Shown here piece after piece: positions 53,920 through 64,000 of a stretch of DNA of 64,000 nt. The notes under the pieces were generated by a model. That model worked only from the letters and a program-made list of their open reading frames with translations. It was not told the DNA's origin and searched no databases. This DNA comes from Geosiphon pyriformis uo1 (lineage: Eukaryota > Fungi > Glomeromycota), in NCBI GenBank assembly GCA_016748015.1, contig JAAOMT010000602.1:1129696-1193695 (forward strand). Reading direction: 5' to 3'. The position numbers and the translations under genes were made by a program. How positions within the stretch are numbered: position 1 is the stretch's first letter; every line of letters begins with the position of its first letter.

Positions 53920-56900
53920 TTATGAGTTTTGACACGATCCAACAATTAGGGGTAATTCGATTGGTGAAGATGGGGGTGTGGAAGTCTGTGTTATAATAGA
54001 GCGTCCCCGCCTAAGAATCGGTTTTCTAGCATTGTGAAACTGATTATGCTGATGGACATGATGCTGTTGAGAGGGCGCAGCCCGATTATGTTGCATATGT
54101 GACTTTACTAAATGACCAGCCGCAAGAGCTGCACAAAGACTAAGTTCACCAGCCATTACAGCAGCACAAACGATGCGCGCAAGCTTTTGAGCATTAGCCC
54201 CTGGGGTGGTGGGGTGAGGACCCCGCACTCCAAGCATATCCAACATCGCCGCTTGAGGTGGTAGAACTGTTCCACCACCAATCGTGCCTATTTCAATGGA
54301 GGGCATTGTGCAGCTAAGATGCAAGTCTTGACGATTGTTTACTCTGTTAAATGGGAAAGATGAATTTGATCAAACTCGATGACATTATAGTTAAGCAAGA
54401 AAATAAATGAGTTTACAACTTACGATTTCATCAAAGTAATGCAATTAGAACTTTCTACATTTTGCGCTGGATCTTGACCAGTTGCAATATATATTGCAGT
54501 CAATATATTGGCGGCGTGTGCGTTGAAACCGCCGATTGAGCCAGCCATTGCGGATCCAATTAGATTTTTTGAAATATTCAATTCTACAAGTGCTTCAACA
54601 CTAGTCTTTAGAACTTTTTCCACAACAGATCCAGGAATGATACATTCAGCGACGACAGACTTCCCTCGCCCTTCAATCCAATTGATAGCAGCGGGTTTCT
54701 TGTCCGTGCACTACATTAATTTTGCATCTTAAATTAACATATCAAGAAACGTTATAAAGTAATGGTTTTAAAAGATTTCTTACATTATGAACAACGATCC
54801 CGTTGGCGACATAGTTTTCTGTGGTTGAAACAGAGAGATCATAAACTTCCCGCAGGCCATTTTCATATTTATTATTAGCCGAGACATTCTCGAAACTGAA
54901 TTCCTCTTCAGACTCCACTCCGCTGTCAATTAAGTCTATGGCAAGGGTTTTCACCTTTGTAACACCCAATGTGAACGAGAATTGATTCTCGTCACTGAAA
55001 GTGTCCCAAACGTATCCACATTTCTTCAGAAATGTATCGAACTTAGCAGGGGAGACCAGATGGTTCTTTTCTACCTCAGCGTTAAAATAAGCAAGCCAAA
55101 CTGTCCAACGTGATAGATTTTCGTTGGAGTACAAGACTCCCACATTATCTATGAATTTGGAGACCGAACTTGCCGGAATATTAATTTCGACTAAAAAGTA
55201 AACCTCCTTGAAGCTAGTATTGTCAAATCTCTTTGCCGGGCTTGTTTGATAAGTTTTGTCTATCTTCCTTTGATCTGAATAGCACTCTGCCTTATGCATT
55301 TCTTTTAATGTTATTGGAACCCCCAGGCGGTAAAAGGCAGTTTTTAATTCATCAAGAGTTTTCCTAAGCGCTTGGCGCCTTAGATTATCCGCTGCAATCG
55401 TCTCCCTTCGGCCCTCCAATCGTGTAGAAATACGAGCAAGAATAAAATGTTCAGGTATAAGACAACTGCTGTGGCTTGTGTTAAAGGAGGGCACACTGCC
55501 ATTGGCACCACAAAAAGCTGCAAGGAAGCGTCGTACAACTATCTTAGGGGTATTAGCATCAGAAACCCATGTGGGAAGCTGAGTAGTTTTGCGCTCTTTT
55601 GGAAGTCCTGCAAGAAGCAGATGTCGTCCAATATTTCGCGAGAGAGCCACCTTCCACGAATTTCCCTGGGTGGTTTTGGAATAGATAACATCACGTTTCA
55701 ATCCAGGATCCAAGATCTGGGCGTCAGCAAAAATGTGATCTACATCAAGATGATGCCCAAGTTGATGGACCGGTTGATTATTTTGAGAGATATGTCCATT
55801 ACCGAAGTGATGTCCTGCTATCGTCGCGAGAGCAAGTATCTTCTCACGCTCATTGGTCATAGTATATTCACCAAAACTAAAAGCAGCCTCAAGTTGCATT
55901 TCGTGACTGTCAGATGCCGGATCTGCCGTGTTTGTGATGGCCGAACATACAACGCGATGGCCGGGGACAATCTCGCCGTCTTCGAGGATTGTTTCTGAAA
56001 TGAGATCCTCAATATTGACATAATCAGCGTCTTTGACCGTCTTACCTGGAGCAACGGCGAGCACTCGGTGATTAGGAGTCGCAACCAAGTTGCGGCCATC
56101 TTCTAGAATCAACTCGACACACTTTTTAGTGCCATTATCCCAGAAACGAATAACTTCATTGTTGGGCTGGATTTCTTTGTCATCAGCAACTTCGTAAGGG
56201 CGACCCAACTTCGTCAAAGCAGCTTTTTCCGTGTCATCATTAAAATCCTGAACCTCAATAATATCCGTGCCGTCGGCACCAACATCAAATATCTTGACAA
56301 TTGGGGCTTTGACGCGTTCGGTCCAAGACATCACGCTTTGCCCCTGGATATCGTTTTCACGACCTTTAATAGACTCGATGGGTATCGCCATGCCGTTACT
56401 GAGCGTGATTTTTGTACCTTTAGCGACGCAGTAATTTCCAGAAAGCGAAATGATTTGCATGTCAGGGAAATGTTCCGACACTACAGATAGTGCTTTTTCA
56501 CATCCTTTCGAAATCATATTCATCCCCATAGCATCGCCGGTAAATGTGGCAAACCGAATGAAAAGCAATTTACCAGCAAGTGCGGTTTTGATCCCTTGTA
56601 GACGAGCAAATCGTGAGGTAGAATTAAAAGATGTCTTTATTATTTCATAACCTTCATTTTCTAGCCATTTTTGGGCTGCACCAGCTCGCGTAATGTTTGG
56701 AAATTCTACACATGGACCACGAGTCATTCTATCCTTTGTTACTATTGTAATCGCGCCACCACCAGCATTAATTGCCTTACAGCCACGCGAGGTAGATGCC
56801 ACAAGACAACCCTCAGTTGTAGCCATAGGTATGTGGATACTTTCTCCATCAATGTTCATGGGGCCTGCCACCCCAATAGGAATAGGCATATAGCCAATGA

Positions 56901-59652
56901 CATTTTCACAACAGGCACCCATTACTTTCCCGTAATCGTAGTTTTTCAAAGGCAAAAGTGAATTTTCTAGAGATTTTGTGGCAGATGCTCGAGAAATCAA
57001 TGCTCGTCTTATTTTAACAGCCCTTTCAAAATTTCCTAAAACTTTTTCGAGAGCGTATTGAGCGATTTTCCCATTTGTAGCCAGCATCAGTATCTCATCA
57101 TCGCTCAAATTGACGGCGCCTTGACCTGGTGTTTCAAGTATTGCGAGACACTCTTCTTCAGAGCGAAGTTCCAAAACCTTTATTCCAGCATTTAAAGAAG
57201 CTGAAGGAAGCTTAGATGTGATAGCAAATTCCTCAAAATGGGTTTTAGCCTCCAAAGATTTTGCGTTATTCTGGGAGGGGGCAGCAGACGAAGCATCCTC
57301 TTCAGTTTGAGCAATAACTGAATCCTTTTTGGTTTTTGGTTTCAAAAGAGCTTTGGGTGAAGTGATTGAAACTCGGTTGACAATATCGTGCACAATCTTG
57401 GGCTGTTTGTAAGAGTTTAATAAATAAACGTTTAAAAAAATTGAAAGGGATAGGCCAAGTGATATCCACTTGGATAAGACTGGATCCTGTACGAAGTAAG
57501 ACCAAAAGTCCATGGCTGAGTCCAAGCTCTTATAAAGAGCTTGGGTTACAGGGCTATAACCAGACGTTATGCTAAATATTAGCGGAGGAGCCACATCAAT
57601 AATCAAAGGTAAATGAGCCCGAGAGCTTTGTCTATGTTGTATGAGAAGTTCATCAAGTATTGGGGATATTGTGGAGTCATTAAGGGCTAGCTGGTCTTTC
57701 TTGACATCCAAGTCTTTTAGTGCTTTTGGCTCGTCGTTATTGTGTAATGTTGTGCAATAATTCATTATGTGCATTATGACGAAACCGATTATGATTAATA
57801 ATTTTAAGCGCGCAATCATTGGATTGTCGTATTTTTTTTTCTCATCAGTAATAATGGTGTTATCACGAAATGCTTTAATTATATTTTGACGAATGTTTGC
57901 GGGGCTGCTTTTGAGTTCTTCATCCTTTTCTACAGAGGTTTTTTTTGTGTTTGCTTGACGTATCCGAGTCAACTATTATTAATTTGTAAGATTCAATCAT
58001 TAATAATTCAATTCAAATCTTAGAAAAAGAAATGAGATCTGGAATTTACCTCGAGTTTCAATGTCAACATAGCAGTATAGAATGTGTATAGGAAAAGGCA
58101 ATCGTATAACAAGATGAAAGCGGCCAAAAAACAAAACTCTTGTAAAGCTGTAACGCCAGAAGCTACACCAAAAATAAGGATAGCGGTTTCGATCAAGTAG
58201 GCACGAACAATGGAATTTGCCGATTTGCTAACACCTGCAAGCACATTATCACGAACATTATAAGGGATGGAAGCAGGGGACCTTGCCTCTGCAGAAGTCA
58301 TTGGATCTGATTTGGATTTGGATGCCTGGATTACAGCCCTCGTGAGGCTAACTGGCTTTTCGAACCCAATAGTGATGACCAAGAACGGGATGGCTTCACT
58401 ATATGTGGGAATATTATTGGGTTCAAAAATCAAGAATTCGGCTTAAAAAGAGTTGTTGAGTGATATAAATTACCTTAAGAGTATAGGATTCACGTTCACA
58501 TTGAATAAATTGACAGTTAATATCGCGCACATGAAGGCAAAAAATCCGTTTGCTATTACGCAAATTGCTAATATTAATTGAAGGAGATTCAGGTTAATGC
58601 CAATATATATATATTCAAAAAAGCATTAAATGAAATAATTTGTTATAAAATCATACCAAGAATGAATCGAGAACCAATTTTACGCATATTTAGAAATAAG
58701 GCGAGGAAAGTAAGAAGCATTAAGATGTAGCCAGCCAGAATGACCAAAATGTCCAGAGTTTCTGCCTTCTAAAAAATTTATCGATACAATATAAATATTT
58801 CTTTGTCTGAGAAATGATGAAACCCAACTATAAATCAAAAAAATTTACATGTATTAAATCCTGAACTTTCAAGAGAAGAGTACCAGCTGCTAAAGCTAAA
58901 GAGCCAAGAGATCCTTTCTCCGAATAAGATTGATGCCTTCTACCCGTTGATACCAATTCATTGTAATTGAGAGCGGCAATTTTTTTTTCCCATATATTCG
59001 ACCAATGTACACGGAATGGACCATTGACATTTAACGCATATGTAAGAATCAGGGAGGCGTCATCAATATTGAATTTGTTTAAGTCGGTTGTTTTTAGAAG
59101 CTCTTCAACATTCAAAATGTCTAGAGGCTCAGAAATCATTTGATTAATGCGTAATTTCTCCGATTCATGATCATAGAATGCCAAGGAGGTTCTGGTAAAA
59201 CAAGTTGTATTGCCATCTTCTACTTTATGGCACAAATGATCATTAAATTTCAATTTGTTTGCACCGTCGTTTATTAATAGTTCGTTCTCAATAAGACTTT
59301 GAAAATTAAGCACTGTCTTTAATATTTTTTGACTGAATAATGGTCGTGATTTTTTTATAGACTGTTCAGCGGGATTTAATAAAACAATCATCTTAAGCTG
59401 TATGTGGTTGGCTTTGGGAAGCGAGTCGTGTTTTGTGAGGGTAAAAAATTGGTCAGAATCTGGTCGAGCTATCATTTTTGTGGGTTCCATTATCGGTGTA
59501 GGATCCACGAATAAGTTGGACTCTAGGATCGAACGGAACAGGGCAGCATATGAGAATGAAGCGATTATTAGACAACATACAATCATTTCAATTGGATTCC
59601 GTGAAGAGAATCTTGCGGCCTTTCGAGCAAGCTCGTTCGTGGTTTGTAGCAT
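53920..59652 (-). CDS. HMG1: Class I HMG-CoA reductase with SSD membrane domain and an intein, 7 exons
   Basis: Exons approx. 59652-58849, 58768-58657, 58568-58474, 58398-58050, 57972-54784, 54710-54424, 54343-53920. [19 protein letters not shown]; catalytic [59 protein letters not shown]. Confidence 0.96.
54711..54783 (-). other. 73-nt phase-0 spliceosomal intron at the intein C-terminal splice junction
   Basis: Minus strand reads CAT AAT|GTAAGA...TTAATGTAG|TGC ACG GAC AAG AAA; removal gives HN|[17 protein letters not shown]. Confidence 0.92.
54784..56430 (-). mobile_element. Intein (549 aa) with degenerate LAGLIDADG homing endonuclease, in HMG-CoA reductase
   Basis: In-frame 1647-nt insertion between GNY and CTDKK. 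Block [14 protein letters not shown]; block [14 protein letters not shown]; LAGLIDADG-like IAGHHFGNG and [10 protein letters not shown]; blocks F/G VYDLSV...[11 protein letters not shown]; Cys+1 after intron removal. Confidence 0.95.
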
Positions 59653-61077
59653 GATTTTTATGGTAGGAAGGAAAAAACTTTTTTCGTGTTAAATTCTTGC
59701 AACGTTTAGGTGATGAAATTTAGGGAGTGACAGATTTTTGATATTTTGAGGTTTTTCTAGAGAAAAAAAAGAAATCTCCCTATTTATAAATATTATAGTA
59801 AAGAATATTTTTTGAGATCCACATGCAGATAATAGATTTGAGGGGAACTTTGAGTTAATCGGCGATCATTGAAAATCTCAAATTTTTTTTTCTGATATTA
59901 AGGTTTATGATTTAGCTTTTTTTGAGGGAAGAATTCTTATCAAGGACATCGAAGGGAGGGCAGACTTATGATTCATATAAATAATTACAAAATGAAAATT
60001 TCTTCCATAAAAAAAAAAAATTTATTTTAAATAAAAGTTCCGAGTTTTGTGTTTAATATCGGACAAATAAATTATCATGGTGTTTCCAATATTAGTCAAG
60101 AATATAATTGTATCCACAATTAGTATTATCTCCCTTTTAAAAGAATCCTGGGAATTGGTAACCATTCATTAATGCAGTAACCCTGAAATGTAATTATGTA
60201 ATGCAACATAAATCTAAATACACATTTCATGTCCGAGTTGGAAACAATGTGTTTTTTGCGGTTTTAATTATTAGAATTACAATACACATCACAATAGTTA
60301 AGAACTTCCAAATGTTAAATTATATCATATTATTGATTATAAATTAATTAGCGTCTTTGGCACTTTAAACATTTATTCAAGCAAATAATCACTTCCTTTT
60401 TTATTCAAATTTGCATTGTTAAAATAGTTTACCTTTTTAATATTGTAATTCAACCCTCTGGATCCATTGTTTCTCACAGTCCGAAAAAGATTTATGTTCA
60501 TTAATTTAAAGTTCAAATTATAGATTTGTTTTTCTTGTAACATCTCTGCAATCACAGAACTTTAAAAATTTAGCTAAATCTCAAATTTAGAAAGTTAGGG
60601 TTTACATTTGGGTTTATCAAACCTTCGCAATTTGTCTTTGACTATGAACAAAGAATTGCATCAACTTTAATTGAACTCACTTTTAGAATCTCGAAAGCTA
60701 ATTGGAGGGGAATTTGAGAAAAGCAGTTTGCCTGATTCGTTGCTATTGGATAGTTTAATCCAAATTTTAACCTAAATTCTCCCTCAATAAAAGTTGTTTC
60801 TTCATACAAATGATGGTTTATCAAAAATGGATAAATTGGAACTTTAAGTTTTGAATCATTTGATCCTTGGGAAGTGTATCAAGAATAAAGTTTTCGGAGA
60901 CCATGGAAAGCGCCAAGATGGTTTCAACTTCTTTCATTATTTTTAGTTTTGGAAAACTTTATAAAAACCTTAAAAACTGATCCAGAATTGCCGCTTTTCC
61001 GATATTGTCTCCTGGATTAACGTAAGTTGGTGACTGATGTATCCGAGAATTTCCAATATCCGTTTTAGTACCCGGGT

Positions 61078-61214
61078 GACTTGTAAACCTTAATTTTTAG
61101 GTACAAATTTTGATCCTATACCCGAGTATTCCAACTATATGGAGTACCGGGCATAAGTTAAATTTTGAACCTAAAAATCAATAAAAGGGTAGAAATTATA
61201 AGGGTTTACAAGTC
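61078..61214. repeat. Imperfect foldback/MITE-like hairpin
   Basis: Outer arms GACTTGTAAACC / GGTTTACAAGTC; middle TTTTTAGGT.CAAA / TTTG.ACCTAAAAA; inner CCCGAGTATTCCA-ACTATA-TGGAGTACCGGG. Confidence 0.7.
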
Positions 61215-61680
61215 TAATTACACATCTATTATTATTATTTATTATTAGAAATTTTGTTTTCATAAAGAAAAAATTATTTTCTTGTATTATTTTATTAAAT
61301 GTGTGCATAATAATAATAATTAAATTGAGTATAATCAAATATTGAAGTATTAAATGCTAAAATAATAATAAAATGAATTAAATTTGACTAATAACGCTCG
61401 TGAAATTTCTGTAATAAAAAAGTGGAAAGAAAACTCCAATTTCCATTCGAATTTTGATTTTTGAGCATTTCAAAATGATGTTTTTATTGCTATATTACAG
61501 GAAGCGACTTTTAACAAATTTATCTGACTATTTACCCCATTTCGAAGTTGAAAATGTATGAAACTTTGTCCGAACAAATGCTATATCGCTGTTAAAAATA
61601 AATAACGGATAATAAGACTGGGAATAAATTGGTAGTTGAAAACCTATTGTATTATAATTTAGAATAGTTCACTAAAGCGG

Positions 61681-63301
61681 TTAAATATCCTTTGACACCA
61701 TTCGCTTCAATTTTCTGAATTGTTCCAACCTTTGCATACCATACTCAAAATAGTCGAAGGGGATTTGGCTCTGGCCAGCTTGTACCAATCCCCAAAGTCC
61801 CCACATTACATGACTTGCAAGAACAAATACTTCACATTCTACACGCCTAGATTCAAGATTATAGTTTATGGAGTGATTGTCCGATGCACGACTAAGCTTT
61901 TTCTCTGCCTCAACATATGACTTTAGAAAATTGATCTGCTCTGCTTTGGTCGGATACCACTCGGGATGGAAGAGGTGGGGCTGACTTGAATGGTAATTAA
62001 ATCCCCATTCACAAAAATGGTTTGCAATGTCAAACCATTTATAATTGTAACCCGCATATTCAAAATCGACGACGACTAATTCTTCGCTACCATCGTTTAG
62101 CCTTAAAATATTCCCATATTGCGTCTTCAAGAAGTATTAAACATTACGAGTTAGTTTATATTAACAAAAAAAAACAATGGCACACAAAGATTGATGGGAA
62201 GGTATTTACGTCATTATGTGCGAAAACCAGTGGGGTGTCTAAGGCGAGGATCTCTTTTTTCAATTCATCAATTTCTCCTTTTAATTTTACCACGTCAAAA
62301 TCTTTCAACCTCTTGGCGCGCAAAGGATCATTTTGGAATTTTTCAGAAGAAATGACCTTGATTGCTAAAGGATACCATTTATGAATATCCACCCAAAGTT
62401 CGGGAACAACATCGCTTGGAGCCGGAAAATCTTCCACAATATGATGAAGCCTGACCATCCGTTGAGCAATATGACGAGAAGTTTCCAAATTTCGTATATC
62501 GTCGTGTGTTAAAGTTTTAGAATCTAAATACTGCTCAAATCGGCCATTTTGAAAAATTCCTAATAGCAATGGACCAATCCTGATTGAGGACAACATCCGC
62601 AGGAATTCCAATTCCTTTTCACGGGCAAGAAGTTGCTCAACTCCTATCCCATATACACGCAAGAGTACTTTTCGCACTACACGTAATGGGTCATTGTAGG
62701 AGGTGGCTGTCACAATAAAAACTCGGTTCGTCAAAGCGCCACTAATGGATTCAAGATGTATTTGGGATTGATCTGTAATATCACCCCATCCCGGAAGTAA
62801 TAAATGAATCAAGGAAAGGACTTCATTGCGAAGTTCGGGCCCCTTATGCAGTTTCCTGTTGATGCAAGAAAAATTCGATTCCGTGCAAATACGTCATCAA
62901 AAACGAAAAAAAAGTGCTTTAAAATTGAGAGAGGAATATCAATACGAAAAAAACGAGATCAATGCTCACTAAAAGCAGAGTGAGAAAAATCTTGACACTT
63001 TTCATGTTACTTACCCTAAATCAAGTATTAAATCACAGGTAGGTATTTCAGAAGGGTCTTTGGGTGAAGTACTTGAGTCAATTAATTGATTTGGATCACT
63101 TTTTGACCGAAAGAGGCCAAGATGGTGGCTTTCTTTTTTTATTTCTGAATGAGAACTTCGAGAAAACTTGGGCAAGAATAATGACCCACTGGTATCTTTC
63201 TTTCCGATCAAAGGCTGTTGACCAGAGTTGAAGTGTTTGAAGATTTTACTATTTTTAGTTTTAGGTAACTTTTGAGGTTCTTCTGCACTAACTTGAGACA
63301 T
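61681..63301 (-). CDS. Choline/ethanolamine kinase, 3 exons
   Basis: Exons 63301-63015, 62855-62210, 62124-61681. ISGALTN, VLLRVYG, spliced Brenner motif HNDTQYGNIL, VVDFEYAGYN..FDIANHFCEW. Confidence 0.93.
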
Positions 63302-64000
63302 TTTTTTAAACCAACTTGTTTACAGAAAGAGATTTGTAGCAAAGAGTGGTTCCTCGTTTTAAAGGATAATTTAGGCCGGAAGAGTGATCGTTTTACATAT
63401 AAAATAACATGATGGAAAAATGACATAATTAACTGCGTAAAAGATTCTTGTGAAAGGTCTTCTGATGTGGCGTGATATAAATAATTTCTTAAAATGACGG
63501 TTGCTTATGTCATTAAGAACCAAGCAAATCAATTTAAATATGTCATCTTAGATCAACAGACAATAGTACACAGATAAAAACAATCGTTTTAAATAATAGG
63601 ATGTAACAAATAATTATTATATGATTTAAAACAAAAACTTTTAATATTGTTTTCTAAAATTATTAAATGAATAATTTAGTATTATTAACATTTTAATATT
63701 TTATTGTATTTTAGAATATATTATAAAAACTATTACAAATAATATAAAATTACAACTTTTTTTTTGTATTTTTATGACCATATTCAGAACAAAAAGTAAA
63801 AAAAAGCAATCTTTCTTTCTTTTATTGTTTTTGTTAATTTTATATTTAAAAAGCTTTTTTAAAAGTAAAACAGCTAAACAATGTTTTTTTCTTAAATATT
63901 AAAAACACAAAACAATTTTTAATTGTTAATATAATATTTTTTTAGCTTTGAATAAAAGTTTTTTTTTATTTAAAATTTTTTCAAATGACTAATTAAAACC

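Noticed and set aside
54784-56430. Hedgehog-type Hint or bacterial intein-like (BIL) domain rather than an intein
   Set aside because: It is an internal in-frame insertion in a conserved enzyme, with HN|C and LAGLIDADG blocks and no sterol-recognition region.
56420-56435. RNA-level excision of the whole intein using a donor at its 5' edge
   Set aside because: The sequence after the Tyr codon is TGCGTCGCT. There is no GT at the junction, and the nearby GTCGCT is a poor donor that would add an extra Cys.
46655-59692. Many short antisense or alternate-frame ORFs over SCAP and HMGR (e.g. 55447..55998)
   Set aside because: Shadow ORFs of real coding exons with no recognisable motifs.
60373-60824. 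Two 60-aa ORFs upstream of HMGR
   Set aside because: Short, with no recognisable homology or supported splice structure.
62780-62789. SRE-like ATCACCCCAT
   Set aside because: It lies in the kinase coding exon (GWGDI codons) ~3 kb from the HMGR start. I saw no convincing SRE in the HMGR or SCAP upstream regions.

Overview
This is eukaryotic, intron-rich fungal DNA. The gene and transposon style fits Mucoromycota/Glomeromycotina, but the species cannot be determined from sequence alone. Bases 1-45.5 kb are mostly a nested, CpG-depleted transposon graveyard: three Ty3/Gypsy copies from two families (one with a dUTPase, both with an extra 3' ORF), four solo LTRs with 4-bp target-site duplications (TSDs), a decayed LINE, LINE fragments and very AT-rich filler. 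A small gene island inside it holds mitoribosomal mL43/MRPL51 and Rac1. Bases 46.5-63.3 kb are a gene block of four likely lipid/sterol-related genes: a SCAP homologue (+), an SDR oxidoreductase (+), HMG-CoA reductase (-) and a choline/ethanolamine kinase (-). The standout is a 549-aa intein (56430..54784, Hint plus degenerate LAGLIDADG domain) in HMG-CoA reductase, inserted in the active-site cis-loop at SGNY|CTDKK. A 73-nt spliceosomal intron sits exactly between the intein's terminal His-Asn and the Cys+1 nucleophile, so protein splicing depends on prior RNA splicing. I do not recall HMGR as a described intein host.
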